This document shows positions 1 to 14,560 of a DNA stretch of 64,000 nt, piece by piece. A program made the translations under genes and the position numbers. Each line of letters begins with the position of its first letter. Positions within the stretch are counted from its first letter, which is position 1. The stretch is taken from contig OZ024741.1 of NCBI GenBank assembly GCA_964016885.1, forward strand, positions 147,684,001 to 147,748,000. Reading direction: 5' to 3'. Under the pieces are notes generated by a model. That model was not told the origin of the DNA and searched no databases. It saw nothing but the letters and a program-made list of their open reading frames with translations. Origin of the DNA: Eledone cirrhosa (Eukaryota).

Positions 1-1482
1 TTTCTACAACATATACAGAGCTACATACGAGATGACCTTGACATGCTGAAACACCTCCCTAAAACAGTAAGTGCAAATACAATTCTTGTCTCCTTTGACG
101 TAATAAACCTCTACACAAACATACCTCACAGCTATGGAATAACAGCAGTCCAATACTGGCTTAACACACACCCATCAGAAATACCGACACGCATCAACAC
201 AGATTTTATCACTGACGGACTCCGCTTTATCCTACAAAATAACTACTTCACATTCAATGGTTCAACATACAGACAAGTATCAGGTACGGCAATGGGCACG
301 AAAGTAGCACCCACATATGCCAACCTAGTCATGGGATTCCATGAACAACAAATATACAGTCAGTCCCTTCTCTTATTTGGAGACTCTTTCCACACACACC
401 TCAAAGCCAATTGGAAAAGATATCTAGACGACTGCTTTATCCTATGGCAAGAAGACATGAACTCACTTACTACGTTTAAAAACATGATAAACAACATAGA
501 TAATAACATACAATTCACAATGGAATCCAATCCTAAGGAATTAGCCTTCTTGGATATTCTCATCTCTGTAATAGACGGGAAATTAGATACAGATATATTC
601 TATAAACCCACAGATTCCAAGCAATACCTCTTTTTCACATCAAGTCACCCAAAACATACAAAACTTAACATTCCTTACAATTTGGCCAAACGTATATGTA
701 CCATAGTATCAGATCCATCTAAACGGGAGCAAAGACTAAAGGAACTAAAAGACACCCTTATCTTAAGAGCCTTTCCACTTGAAATAATCAACAATGGAAT
801 AGACAGGGAAAAACACCTAAATCCCCATCAACTTAACAATCCAAAACAGAAAACCACACTCAACACCCTGCCATATGTATCCACTTTCAACCCCAGAAAT
901 ACCGAAATGTTTGATCACCTACAGAAAAACCTCCCCATCCTACTTAAAGATGTAAAAATGAAGTCTATTCTTGAAACACACAAGATCCTTAAAAGTAAAG
1001 GACAACCCAAATCACTTAAACGCATTCTCACTGGACCAAATATACCCAAACCAATCCTCAACCCTACAGTTACCAAATGTGGTAGAACAAACTGTGGAAC
1101 GTGCCTCTACCTCACTGAAGGACAAACATTTACATTCAAAGATGGCCAAACATTTACAGTAAAAAACAATTTCACCTGCAACTCGGAGAACTTGATTTAC
1201 GCAATAACTTGCGGTGGGTGCAAACACAACTACATAGGACAGACGGGCACCTCATTACGCAAAAGAATGACCATCCACCGCCAACAAATCCGGGACGCTA
1301 ACACAAGAAAAATCCCCTTGAGCAGCCATATTGCGAACTGCGCAGGAATGACACTACCCAACTTTAAAATCTTCCCCTTCTACAAGTGCTCAGATTCGTT
1401 CACACAGCAACAAAGAATAAACAAAGAAAATCTATTCCTTAACAAATTTAAACCAAAACTAAACGGGTTATCACCCCAATAG
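1..1482 (+). mobile_element. Penelope-like retroelement ORF, 3' part (RT + C-terminal GIY-YIG endonuclease); open from the window start
   Basis: RT motifs SFDVINLYTNIP, GTAMGTKVAPTYANL, RYLDD and FLDI; C-terminal CxxxxCxxC followed by LIYAITC..YIGQT..R..H GIY-YIG. Frame 1 is open from base 1 to the stop at 1482. Confidence 0.93.
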
Positions 1483-1811
1483 AATTGTCATAAAATATAA
1501 ACACACATACGCACGGAGTGACAGATATATGTGTTTGTATGTGTGCATGTATATAATTATCACTACTATTAAAGACCAGAGACCAATTCTGTAGAATCAG
1601 GTTTATTCGTTGACAGATCATGCCTTTGTGTGACCAACACATCCATGTTAAACCCTGCACGTGCACACACATATATCTATATATATATGCGCACACAGAA
1701 TTCACCACTGTCGGTTGCGGCGCCCAATCTACATGAAGAACTCAATGTGATCAGAATGACTTGTATTTTAATTTCACTGTCCCAACTTCTTATATTATGG
1801 AAAAAATATGT

Positions 1812-2001
1812 GTCTGTATGTATATATATATATATATTTGGAGGCCATTTCTCTGTGTGTGGGTGTATGTATGTGTATATATGTGTGTGTGTGTATGTGT
1901 GTGCATGTGGATGTATGTATTGTGTATGCGTGTGTGTGTGTGTGTGTATGTATGTGTGTATCTGGATGTATGCGTATGTGTATATATATATATATATATG
2001 C

Positions 2002-2036
<35 letters not shown>

Positions 2037-2133
2037 TGTGTGTATGTGTATATATATGTGTGTGTGTGTGTGTGTATGTTTGTATGTGTGTATGTATATA
2101 TATGTGTGTGTGTGTGTGTATGTATGTGTGGGG

Positions 2134-2189
<56 letters not shown>

Positions 2190-2250
2190 GTGTGTGTGTG
2201 TGTATGTATGTGTGTATCTGGATGTATGTGTATGTATATATATGTGTGTG

Positions 2251-2281
<31 letters not shown>

Positions 2282-2341
2282 ATGTGTATATATATGTGTG
2301 TGTGTATGTGTGTATGTATATGTATGTGTGTGTGTATATAT
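1812..2341. repeat. Compound (TA)n/(TG)n/(TATG)n microsatellite
   Basis: Seen directly. Confidence 0.95.
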
Positions 2342-2660
2342 AGGTGTAAGTGCACTAAATCCCTTTCTATCACGCTCCACTCTCCTACCCACCACAGGAA
2401 GATATGTGTATGTATATTGCTTCCACCCCCTCACTGACCAGCAGCTGGCCAGTTGGCGATTGCTAAATCTGACCTTTATAAAATAACCCACACCCCAAAT
2501 AACTTCTCATTCACTACCAGAAAGGGACACAGCAGTCAACCTGTTGTTGCTACCTAGATGAAAACTGCTATGAAATCCCACAATGAATTTTATACTTGAA
2601 TTTTCAAATCTCAAATTTTAACTCTTCGTATTATTAATTTTTCTTAATATTAATCAACAT

Positions 2661-2698
2661 TTGAAAAGATGGCTTTTGCAGACCCATCGAAACCGGTC
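2661..2698 (+). ncRNA. Hammerhead ribozyme-like motif, U3-A8 core variant
   Basis: TTGAAAA-GATGG(cttttgcagac)CCATC-GAAA-CCGG-TC; palindromic stem III ACCGGT and a GUC triplet. Stem I is not convincing. A (TA)n tract starts at 2844. Confidence 0.55.
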
Positions 2699-2839
2699 AT
2701 TTTTTATACCCTTTATTATTTCCTTACCTTATAAAATTATGTTTTTTCACAAAAAAGTATCCTGTCTCTTATATATTCCATGTGCCATTACCAACCTCAA
2801 TTTTCTCTATAGCCTTCGTTTTGTGTAGAAAATTACACT

Positions 2840-2912
<73 letters not shown>

Positions 2913-3552
2913 TATATATATGTTTGTGTGTGTGGGTGTCTGTGGCCTATACACACTGGTTACAGACACACACACACATACATCCTGTCACAAGTTATAA
3001 GATACATATAACTTAATATTCAGTCACCAAATTCAAGCTAGATACAGTAATGCTGTATTCAATTCTTTGAAGTCACCAGTCATAATTTCATTCAACAACA
3101 CCACCAGCTCTCTCCCTCTCTCTCTCTCACAACCACTATCTGCGTTTGTATTCACATTTCAATTGTACCTTACTTTCAAAGAATTTTCCCATTATGCGCT
3201 GATTTGGTTATTTATAAGGGTACCCGAAAAAACCCTCGTATCTCGGGATCCCGTGGTCCGATTTACGCGAAACTTTTCACTGTATTATTCACAAGTATTT
3301 TCACAAAGAAAATATCAAATCATTTTTCACTAATAGCTATCCAATCACTCCACTTCAAAATTCTTTTTTCTATATCTCTATGGATGCTTGACTGTTTGTT
3401 CTGAAAGATTTTTCTGCTTAAAAAGTTGCAATGTTAATGAAAAGCTGGTTTTATTTACAAAAGTTTGAAAGAAATTATTCTTACTTGTCTTAGTTTTTCC
3501 TTTTCCTTTCATTTTCTGACGTCGGAATCAACATTTTCTCATATTTATGCTG

Positions 3553-6500
3553 TTACAGTTTGTTCAAAAGAATGCTTTTGATGACAACATTCTTAGTTGA
3601 CTGGGTATCCTTCAGAAACACTCTGATATTTTCTTTTCGTCTTCCGCGGCTAAGGGCTACATATAGTTGACCGTGTTGGAATACAGGTCGTTCCAGATAA
3701 ACCAAGACGTTTTCCATAGTTTGTCCTTGTGCTTTATGAATAGTCATAGCGAAGCACGATTGAACTGGGAATTCTTATTCTAGGTATCATAACGATTTCA
3801 TTTCTGAAAGGAGCAGTGTTGATTCTTGCTAGTATGAGATTGTCGTGCAGTTCTTCCACGATCATGCGCGTTCCATTACAAAGCCTTGGAGGATTCAAGT
3901 TTCTCATAAGAATTATTGGCGATCCTTTTTTCAATTCCAGGTTATGTGGTGGCAGTCCTGATAGTTGAACCGAATCAAGGAATTCAGTTGGGAAATGAGT
4001 GGCATTGGCACCATCACTCACAGAATTATAGAATCGGTACTCTTTTATGGTTCCAGGGAAGAGTCTGATACAGGTGGAATTGATTCTTCTCATCATTCCA
4101 TTGAGAGGTACTAAGATGCAATTGTTCGAAAACACTTCAGCTGGATTGTCGAATGAGGGGTAGATGAAATCAATTCATTCTTCCATAGTTGTTGCTTGGA
4201 GAACCATATCTTTTGGCAAAATAATTTCCTCATTTTCAGTTTTTTTTATCTTATCTTCTCCAATATCCAATAGGAACTGTGAATAGTCTCCTGCTCCCCC
4301 ACCCAATCGCATGTTTGTCTTCAACTGAAATTTTTTGAAGCTTCGCCATAAGTAGGATTTTTTAATGCAGGCGTTTTCCACGTCCGCTTCATTTCCCCTT
4401 TTCACTACCGGAAGAAGCTGACGGAAATCGCCACAGAAAATTATCAAAATTCCACCGAATGCCTCATTGTTGTCGCATATGTCACGCAGAGTGAGGTCAA
4501 CAGCTTCGAAGCTTTCCCTCCGAATCATAGGACACTCATCCCAAACAATCAGCCTTGTATGTTGGAAGAGGTTTGCCGTCTTTGAGTTTTTATCAATGTT
4601 GCACAGACCATTTTATTTCACTACTATCGGTATTTTGAACCTAGAATGCGCTGTTCTTCCACCAGGCATCAGTGTTGCGGCAATGCCAGATGACGCAACA
4701 ACAATAGCCACGTCACCGTTTCCCCTGACTTTTGAAAGAATTAAGTTAATCAGGAATGTCTTTCCTGTTCCACCTGGAGCGTCAATGAAAATCAATGCAG
4801 ATGTGTTCGTCTCTAAACTGTTACAAACGAAGTCGTACACGTGTTTTTGATCACTATTCAATAGAGGCTCTGTCTTTTCTACAAATCGTCGCTGCTCTTC
4901 TCTGGTGTATTGCAATTCATGCAATAACTCCAAATTGCCAATATCCTGATTAACAACAATATTATTTGGCCTTGGCAAGTTAAAGTCACTAAGACTTTTC
5001 CCCAGGTCGTTAAGTTTGTCTTCAAAATACAGAAGACATTGATCATAATGTCTCTCGCTAATCAAAAGGTTAGAGTTTCTGGTAGCCCTGTATTCTATTT
5101 GAAGGTAATCCTCAGACAGCGAATGCTTAAATCGAACCCATAAAGCACTGGAATTGTCAATTTCCGTATTTGTGAGGAGCACGATGAATAGATCTCTCAT
5201 GGCTTTGGGAAGCCTTGTTCGCTCAGCATCTTCCAGAGTCTGCTGCCAATGATCATCCGATTGAAGCAAACCTTTCTCTCTGCAGACGTCTTTGAATAAT
5301 GGCAGGAGTTCTCCATCACACATTTTCAAAGAGTTGAAGGATACTGGCCATTTGACGTGATGCAGAAGGAGTCTTAAATAATACAGGTCACCACTTCGCG
5401 GAGAAACAGTGTATACTCGTCCCAAAACGTTCGCCTCAAAAATCCCTGGATACTGCTCAACTGTTTCCCCCACCTTTCTCCTTTCCCATCTCTTATTACT
5501 CCAAGTGTAAAACTATGGGACATCGGCATAATACAATGTTTTGCATCGCAAAGATCCATGAACTCAGTCAGAGTCGTCTTAGCCATGTTATTGTTTACTT
5601 TAACAGCAGCATTGACCCAAAAGAAGATTTTATTTTCCTCAGGTAGATGAACTTGAAGGCGAACTACGGCCGGTTCTCTCTCATGAATTGGAAATCCAAG
5701 TACCAAGGCAACAGCTTCTGAAGGACCGATATATCTTCCTGTTAAATACTGTATTATCTCATCTTCCCTGTTCACTCCAAACATTCCCTGATCACTGCCC
5801 TTCATGGTATATTTGATAATGTATTTGATCGATTTCACGGAAGAGCACATCTCTACGTGTAGGTGGCAGTTGAACAGTTTTAATAGTTTCATATTGTAGG
5901 GAAGCACCCATTCCGAAGTTATATTTCGGCTTCCCCTTCCTTCTTGGTGCTCCTCAAATCCTCCCATTCCTGGAGACCGACTTCTGTACACAGTATAAGA
6001 GTCCTCTGCACACAATGTATATTCATTGAAAGGCTTAGGGTACCGCTTACTATACGTTCCATCTTTCCAACACAGCGAATTGTTAGAGCAATTCGGACCG
6101 TGGATCATGTGCTTCAGCACCAATTCATGACCCTCTGGATCTTTTTTTGGATCTGGTATTTCGGCTTGAACAAATTTATCATATTCCTGCGGTCTGGGCT
6201 TGGACGCTTCATTGAGCCATAGCAAACAGTGCACATGAGGAAGACCTGTCAGCACGTAAGCAATCCACTTGCCAAATAGGCCATCTACTCCAGTAAGATA
6301 CTTTCTTAACAGTTTCCGCCTCAGGTCAAATACTCTGACAATTAAATCTGGCCTGTCGTGTGGCTTCTGTTTCAGGAATAGGTTTTGCCGGATTTCAGGC
6401 CAGTTTGGATTGCATGTTATTGTGATGAAGAACGAAGGATTGCCGTACTTCTGTATGTACATCATGGCATCCTGGCATCGCTCCATCATATATCTCGGTC

Positions 6501-7977
6501 CACCGACAAATGTGGAAGAGAGTATGATTCGCCTGCCAATATTACGAAAATCGTCATCATCATTCAATGCGTCAGTAAGGCCCTTGTATGTTGTAGATCG
6601 CAATGATGTTTGATTCATTCGGATGTATTGTAGTCTATCTCCTTCAATCTTCGCAGCCATGTCAACCAAATATTGCTGAAATAAACGACCGCCTCTGAGA
6701 AGTTGGTTGAATTCATTCTCATGGTTCATTATTCGATAGGCATAGTAGCGCATTGGCGTCAACTTCTTATTGTTGCTCATTAACAGCTGATGATGCCATC
6801 CGTCATCGCCAAAAGGAAAAAATAGAACATACTGCAAACTGTCATAGGACCGATGAGACTCTGAGATTATTTGCAATTGTCCGCCTTTTTCTTTCAACAT
6901 AATGTGCCGTGCTTTTGCTTGAAGTTCAGTACTGTTTTGTATAATAACGGCAACTTCGTTTGCAGTTTGTGCATTGAATATTCTCTCATGTTCCATTGCT
7001 GGTCTCCTATCAGGATCAATAATAATCGAAGCTTCGGGAATATTTTTAATTTGTTCTTTTGCCATTCGAAATGAAGCAACGTAAGGGTTATATTGTCTGA
7101 GTATTATTTCCAATAATTCAACTATGTCGCGCTGAATGCCATCGTTATGGAGTATCCTGATCCTCAAATCAATACTATCCTGAGGATCCAAGAAGTAAAT
7201 TTGAAGAAATTGGGGTTGTTCGTTGGGATTAGGGGTTAAGGAACCGATGTAATGGTGAATTTGACCATGAATAACGATAGAAGGTTTCCATCCACTCCTT
7301 GAAGAATGAACTTCTTCGGCCCCAAAAGATGTCATTTGGAACAGGCAATTGTATTGTCTGAGGTTCTTCCTGAACTCGTTTGCCCTAGCTTGATCAGTAC
7401 TAAATAAACTGTGAAGTTCCTGGGGTAAAGGCTGCAGATTCCCCAACCTGACTTTTCCATTCGTACAGCAAAAGTTAGCAGTTTCACCATGAAAAAGCAT
7501 TGCATGACAACAGACACAGATCTTATTCATCTGTCCAACATCAGCAGAGAGGTCACGTCGTTGAACTGTCATTGCTCTATCCCTAATGGTTTGTTGGCAA
7601 AGACGTTCAGTTCTCCGAGCGTCCGATTCATGATCTCTCCTTTTGTCTCTTTTCCTCTGTTCCGCCTAATGCTCAGCTCTCCGGTCATCCGATTCATGAT
7701 CTCTCCTGCTTCTGTCTCTTTCCTTCTGTTCCGCCAGATGCTCAGCTCTCCGACCATCCGATTCATGATCTCTCCTGCTGCTGTTTCTTTCCCTCTGTTC
7801 CGCTAGACGCGCAGCCCTTGCTTTATCAGTCTCATCGATCCTTCTATTCGCATGCCTGTCCCGATCTTGTTGGCGTTGACCACTATCTTGCTCACCTTCT
7901 TCGGCTCTCCTTAGCCGTGCTTTCTTTCCACTATCGATAGACCAACCAGATGTTTTCTTTCTTCCTCGTCGAGGCAT
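3553..7977 (-). mobile_element. Helitron Rep/PIF1-helicase coding region, frameshifted
   Basis: N-terminus MPRRGRKK with about 66-69 bp repeats (7620-7800). Rep motifs FFITITCNPNWPEI, GLPHVHCLLW and IKYIIKY. Helicase motifs [39 protein letters not shown] and HGQLYVALSR. Split over six ORFs. Confidence 0.95.
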
Positions 7978-8698
7978 TATTTAAGAATAGAAAATCGTAT
8001 TCACCTTAGAAAACATTCCTATTACCTCAACAAATATTTTTTTTAAATCATCATTTAGAAATATTTCTAAATAATGAAAATATTGTCTGTTTAAACAACT
8101 CGTATTTTTCAAATCATATTCACTTAAAAAATACTTATTAATAATTAAAATATTCTGTTTAAAGAAAGCTGAAATATATATACTCGGTGTACAAATAATT
8201 TGTATTTTTTAAGTCATTTTCACTTAAGAATATTTTTTAAATATGCCAAGAAATATTTTTTCCATCGTATTCACTTGAAAATAATTTTCAAAAAATGAAG
8301 CTATTGTCTATGTAAATAAAGCTATTTGTGAAATCAAATTCACTTTAAAATATTTCTAAATAATTGAAATATTCTTTTTAACAAAAGCAAAAATATAAAC
8401 ATCTACTGTTTAACACCAACTGGTATTTTTCAGTGATATTCACTTAATGCTTTTCTGATTATTAAAATATCGTCGGTTTAAAGAAAGCTTGAAGTACAAA
8501 CAACTTGTAGTTTTGAAATCATATTCACTGAGAAATCACTGAAAATTTTTTTTTTTATAATTATTAAACTATTTTCATCATTCGAGAAATATTTTTATGT
8601 CGATTTATGTCAAATCTGTTTTATCCCCATTTCAAGGTTATATCACTTACAGGGTTATTTTTCCATTATGCACCGTTTTGGCTATTTACGAAGGTATC

Positions 8699-8820
<122 letters not shown>

Positions 8821-9071
8821 AATGGAAACTATATTTATAAAACCATATTTATTTCATTATACATATTTCAAGGACACCAAAGCAAATTATGGTGCGCTTT
8901 CATCAGATAAAATATAATATAGATCAGTTTTATAAACAAATATTGACAGACCCTTAAAAGAATGCGACCATGTCTGTTGGAAGCTCCCAGATAGTCATGG
9001 TCGCATTCTTTTAAGGGTATGTCAATATTTGTTTATAAAACTGATCTATATTATATTTTATCTGATGAAAG

Positions 9072-9255
9072 GTCGGTGGATTGGCAGTATCGGTAGAGGG
9101 TCGGACGCCATGCTTTCCAGCATAGTTACGTCCCTTTACGATCTGAGTTCAAATCCCGCCGAGGTTGACTTTGCCTTTCATCCTTACGGGGTCGATAAAA
9201 TAAAGTACCAGTAATGAACTATGTAATTGCTGGCCTTGTGCCTAAAGTAGAAACA
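9072..9255 (+). mobile_element. tRNA-derived SINE, apparently full length, with target-site duplication of up to 22 bp
   Basis: B-box GAGTTCAAATCC; core GCCTTTCATCCTTACGGGGTCGATAAAATAAAGTACCAG shared with many copies in the window; ATTATATTTTATCTGATGAAAG duplicated at 9050-9071 and 9256-9277. Confidence 0.9.
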
Positions 9256-9259
9256 ATTA

Positions 9260-9324
9260 TATTTTATCTGATGAAAGCGCACCATAATTTGCTTTGGTGT
9301 CCTTGAAATATGTATAATGAAATA
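9260..9324 (+). ncRNA. Minimal type I hammerhead ribozyme
   Basis: Stem I TATTTTAT/ATGAAATA; CTGATGA; stem II AAGcGCACCA/TGGTGTcCTT; GAAA-TATGTA-TA. A mirror copy lies on the minus strand in the left arm. Confidence 0.75.
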
Positions 9325-9550
9325 AATATGGTTTTATAAATATAGTTTCCATTTATTAATATATTGTATTTTTACTCCAAAAATTTGTTGAGTGCTTTAT
9401 ATCAGTTATAAAAATATTTGCTTGTTGTATCCCAACAAATTAAATATAACTTCTGCATATATATATATATATATTCCATTTTGACGTTATAGTCACTTAT
9501 ATATTATGAAATACTGTTGGCTTCACGCTCACAATAATTTCTATACTTTC

Positions 9551-9618
<68 letters not shown>

Positions 9619-10223
9619 CTAACTTAAGTACTGTTACACACACATACACACACACATGTCTCTAAGTACGTAAACACATGCACTGGCACACATAGACATA
9701 CAGATACACACGGTGGCAGTATAACTGTGAAAGAGAGAGAAAGAAATAACGTTATGGATAGGAGAGTTAAAATAAATAAAAGTTAAGGACGCTGTCTCTT
9801 TCCCTATCTGTAATCCACCCTCTCTCTCTCATCCCCTCACTCTCTCTCTCTCTCTCTCACCCCTCTCTTTCTCTGTCTCACCCCCTCTCTGTCTCTCTTA
9901 CCTACAGAATGGACAACCAAAAAACAAACGGATTATTTCTTTCGATATTCATTATAAAATAAGATAAATTGAATTTAAATGAATTCCTTGCTATTTTTGG
10001 AAAATTGAAAATATTGTCCATGTGCGATTTACGCCAAACTTGTTTTATTGTGCTGTAAACCCATTCATTTATGGAGCTTTTAATACGAGGTTTCGTATTG
10101 AATTACAGATTTTGTTTCATCGATATCATTAATAAAATATTGAGTTTCTTGAAAATAGATACAAAAGTACGGAATTCTTAACTCTACAGATCTCACCAAA
10201 ATATATTTGACGATTATAGAATA

Positions 10224-11095
10224 CTAGCAGTTTAGCCCGGTGTTGCTCGGGTTTGTTCATTTGCTATGAAAAGTTACATACAGGTAAACGTGGTTTGAAA
10301 GCGAATAAGCTTATCAATTAAGTGCATAAAGCAGTTGAACCGGTTATTAAAAGTTACGAACCAATTAGCATTTTGGTCAATCAATGATGGGTTAATAATC
10401 TTTCAATAGCGAATTTAGTAGACCAGGAATTGTGATCGCCGGAAATCGAACGTGATATCTGACGCCGAGGGGAAAAGGTTCATCCTTGGAATGAAAACAT
10501 TCTCCCCTCTTCCGCACCCCGTTACGATGGTGGCCTCAATCAAGTGGGTGTCAGTGACTTGACGACCATGCGAGTACCGTTGCACTGCTTTGGTGGACGC
10601 AAGTTCCTTATTAGCATAATGGGACAGCCAACCCTAAGCTTAATAATGTGAGGTGGGAGCCCTGGGGGCTCAAGGAGATTTAATAACTCAACCGGATAAT
10701 TAACGATATCGTCGGGGTCTGATTTGAAGATGTGCTCTTTACCGGGAATCTTCTCAATCAGCTGCTCGTTAATAAAATTAACCATGGTATTTTTCGGAGC
10801 AAGGATGGCTCTTTCGCTGAGCCAATCGAAGTTTTTAAAGTTAGATGAGACATTAGGAAAAACTGCTTCCCAAAGGTCAGAAGGGCTGCTCACAATGTTG
10901 CACAGGGTGTCGATTGCTATGCCGCCCTTGTCATCCGCAGGGATCTTGCCCTCACCAAGTGCTTAAATGTTCTGTGCTGCAGACATGTTGTTACCATGCA
11001 AATGAGCACGCATATTTGTGCTTAGGTACAAACTATTCACCTGGAGCCACAACATGGACGGCTTAAGACAGGCACGCACTTCATCAGCCCCCATA
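10224..11095 (-). mobile_element. Helitron 3' fragment (helicase remnant + canonical 3' terminus)
   Basis: Helicase motifs LSTNMRA, ERAILAPKN, GLPPHIIKLRVGCPIMLIRNL and CNGTR. The minus strand ends CCCGAGCAACACCGGG hairpin ... CTAG|T at 10224. Confidence 0.88.
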
Positions 11096-11886
11096 TTAAC
11101 TGTAAAACTAGAAATGTAGTATATAGCATAAGATGTACTGAAGGACAATGTAGAGATAAGAATATAGTGTACATAGGTGAGACAGCTCGTAGTATAGGGG
11201 AATGGATAAATGAATACTGGCGAGAGCTTCAAGATAGTAAAGAATCATCTGTACTCCGCCAACATGCTAAAATAGAACATAAGGGTAAATTAGAGAACAT
11301 AGAAATAAAAATAGAATCTACACACAGAAAAGACGCAATGTTTAGACAAATCACAGAGGCAATAAACATAAATGAACTCCAACCCAAATTAAATAGAAAA
11401 CATGAATGGAACAGCAACATCACAACTTACAATTAAGGACAAAATGAAAACACACACACACATAGAACAAACAACCAACCAGTAATATGTAAATAAACAA
11501 ATAAATAAACAAATATAAACACACACAGACACCCGGATGTAACACATGCGCAAACTAAGCACACAACACACACAAAAAGAAGATGGCGTAGGACAGAACA
11601 AAGGAGAGGCACAGAAACAAAGAAAGGAATCCCCAGTCACTGAAGAGGTCACAGAGTGTGTGACGAAAGAACTATGACTATATATAAACAACTATCTGGT
11701 TGTGGAACCAACCAACCAACCAGAAATTTATAAATTTATAAATTTATTATAAATTTATTATAATAAATTGAAGTGAAACAACTGGTGCGTGTGTTTCTTA
11801 TTGGCAACATGACCCTCCCAAAGTATAACAATATCGGTTTCAACACACGATTTCAGATAAAGAATCTTGCCAAACAAATTCAGAAA

Positions 11887-11889
<3 letters not shown>
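11096..11889 (+). mobile_element. Penelope-like 3' fragment (GIY-YIG + 3' region with hammerhead) abutting the Helitron fragment
   Basis: NVVYSIRC..YIGETARSIGE..RQITEAINI..LNRKHEW; hammerhead at 11635-11679; ends at (TA)n at 11890. Confidence 0.88.
11635..11679 (+). ncRNA. Minimal type I hammerhead ribozyme
   Basis: AGTCA-CTGAAGA-g-GTCAC(agagtgt)GTGAC-GAAA-GAAC-TA-TGACT; stems I and II are perfect, with one extra G after A9. Confidence 0.8.
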
Positions 11890-11959
<70 letters not shown>

Positions 11960-12189
11960 TATAATATACATGTATATTGTGAATGTATACAAAACAGGGC
12001 AATAAAAAGTACCAGTATATTTAGGCAGGTTAACTATTCCCTTGTTTCATTGTTTTTGTTAATTTTAAATATATCTGTTGTTTGTTTTTTTCCTTTTAGT
12101 TGTTTTAAAATTAGAAATTTCTATGATGCCAAATAATTTTAAAAGTCATCATGACATATATTTCTTCTATTTCTTAAGTTATTATTCAC

Positions 12190-13680
12190 CAACACAACCA
12201 CCTCCACTATCATCCTCACCACAACCAGCATTATTACCACGATTATCGCCATCGCCACCACCATTATCACCATCACCACCTTCATTACCACTACCATCAT
12301 CACCATCACCACCTTCATCACCACCACGTTTATCGCCATCACCACCACGTTTATCGCCATCAACACCACCATTATCACCATCACCACCTTCATCACCACC
12401 CACATTATCACCATCACCATTATCACCATCACCACCTTCATCACCACCACCATTATCACCATCACCACCACCATCATCACCTTCATTACCACTACCATCA
12501 TCACCATCACCACCACCACTACCCTCATCACCACCTTCATCACCACCACCATTATCCCCATCACCACCACCTACATCAATCCCCACCACTACCCTCATCA
12601 CCACCACCTTCATCACCACCACCATTATCACCATCACCACCACCATCACCACCTCCATCGCCACCACCATTATCACCATCACCACCACCTACACCACGCC
12701 CACCACTACCCTCATCACCACCTCCATCACCCCCACCATTATCACCTTGATCACCACCACCACCACGATTATCACCATCACCACCTCCATCACCCCCACC
12801 ATTATCACCATCACCACCACCTACATCACCCCCCACCACTACCCTCATCACCACATCCATCACCCCCACCATTATCACCATCACCACCTCCATCACCCCC
12901 ACCATTATCACCATCACCACCACCTACACCCCCCCCCCCACCACTACCCTCATCACCACCTCCATCACCCCCACCATTATCACCATCACCACCACATTCA
13001 TCACCATCATCACCATCACCACCCCCATCACCACCTTCATCACCACCACCACTACCCTCATCACCACCTCCATCACCACCACCACTACCCTCATCACCAC
13101 CTCCATCACCGCCACCATTATCACTATCACCATCTCCATCACCATCACCACTACCCTCATCACCATCACCACCACCATTATCACCATCACCACCTCCATC
13201 ACTACCACCTTTATCATCGCCATTGTCACTATCACCACCTTAATCACCACCACTACCTCCACTACCTCCACCACCTTCGTCAACAACAACACCACTATCA
13301 TCACAGCCATCAGGCCATCATAATCAGTAACACCACCATCATCATCACCACAACCACTACCATCACCACCATCACTACTATTATTGCCCTCACTACCATC
13401 ACCATCACTACCACCACTGCCACCATCACCATCACCTCAAACCATTAGCACCACCAGCACCACCATCATTATCATCACCACCATCACATGCACCACCACC
13501 ACATGCATCGCCATCATCACCTCCATCACATGCACCACCTTCACATGCACCACCACCACTACCACATGAACCACCACCACCACCACGTGCACCACCTTCA
13601 CATGCACCACCACCACATGCACCACCATCACATGCACCACCACCACCACATGCAACACCACAACCACCATAAGCGACATC
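12190..13680. repeat. Degenerate (CAC/CAT)n trinucleotide low-complexity array
   Basis: Seen directly; open in several frames on both strands. Confidence 0.9.
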
Positions 13681-13756
13681 ATAGTTATCTCCCATTACTC
13701 TCTTTCAGTAACTCTGAAACCTAAGAATATACCTAACAAAACTGATATATATCATA

Positions 13757-14290
13757 CTAGTTGAGGTACACTCGAGTGAACAGTTGATAAGAGAAGACAG
13801 GTAGAAGAGAAAACGACTGTATTGGATATTCTGCCTTGAAGAGTCCTTTGTGCTCATCATGTTTGCATCGCAACTCTCATTGCCTCTCGGTGATTTTCAT
13901 ATTCAACTTCCGTTTGTTGGGATCATCTTTCTTCTTGCCTTAGTCTTTCTGTTTCCTGTCTCAGGTTCTGTTCACTTTCAGAAAGTTGCACTCGTCTTTC
14001 TTCTTGCCTTAATCTTTCTGTTTCCTGTCTCAGGTTCTGTTCACTTTCAGAAAGTTGCAATCGTCTTTCTTCTTGCCTTAATCTTTGTGTTTCCTGTCTC
14101 AGGTTCTGTTCACTCTCCGAAAGTTGCGATCGTCTTTCTTGTTGTCTTAACCTTTCTGTTTCCCCGTCTTATATTCTACTGAATGTCACAATGTTGACTT
14201 TTCCCTTTATTCCCAAGTTTGTTTTTTTATATTGTTTGTGAGTTTCTCTTTCACTTGAAGATTTCGACCGTTTGGCGGATATTGTAACTC
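13757..14290 (-). mobile_element. Internally deleted Helitron (N-terminal 69-bp repeats joined to the 3' end)
   Basis: About 3.5 copies of a 69-bp unit reading RVQLSESEQNLRQETERLRQEER on the minus strand. 13757-13830 (CTAG ... GATAAGAGAAGACAGGTAGAAGAGAAAACGACTGTATTGGAT) matches the 3' end of the Helitron at about 41080-41145. Confidence 0.65.
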
Positions 14291-14436
14291 CCTGATAGAT
14301 TAGCAGTGTTTTGGTGGCATCATCAAATTAACTTTCTTGGAAAATATCATATAAAAAAAACAATACAAAGCAATATTACGTTTAAATGCAAATAGCAGCC
14401 TTAGAGAATAGGTTGACACTATCATCTGAATTAGGA

Positions 14437-14560
14437 TAATAATTGTTTCTACTTTTGGCACAAGGCCAGCAATTATCTCAGTACATTACTGGTACTTTAT
14501 TTCATCGACCCCGTAAGGATGAAAGGCAAAGTTAACCTCAGAAGTATTTGAACTCAGAAT
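14437..14560 (-). mobile_element. tRNA-derived SINE 3' half
   Basis: Reverse complement of the 9072-9255 SINE core and tail. Confidence 0.85.

Noticed and set aside
1630-2491. ORFs rich in YI/CV/HT repeats, here and at 25698-27741, 36421-37551 and other sites
   Set aside because: These are translations of dinucleotide and tetranucleotide microsatellites, open in many frames on both strands.
3030-3060. Helitron 3' end at CTAG 3038-3041
   Set aside because: The hairpin is AT-rich and abuts CTAG directly, and the following base is not T; this is non-canonical.
12078-13724. 456-aa Pro/Thr/His-rich ORF resembling extensin or histidine-rich proteins
   Set aside because: It is a (CAC/CAT)n array; composition switches with frame slips and the opposite strand is equally open.
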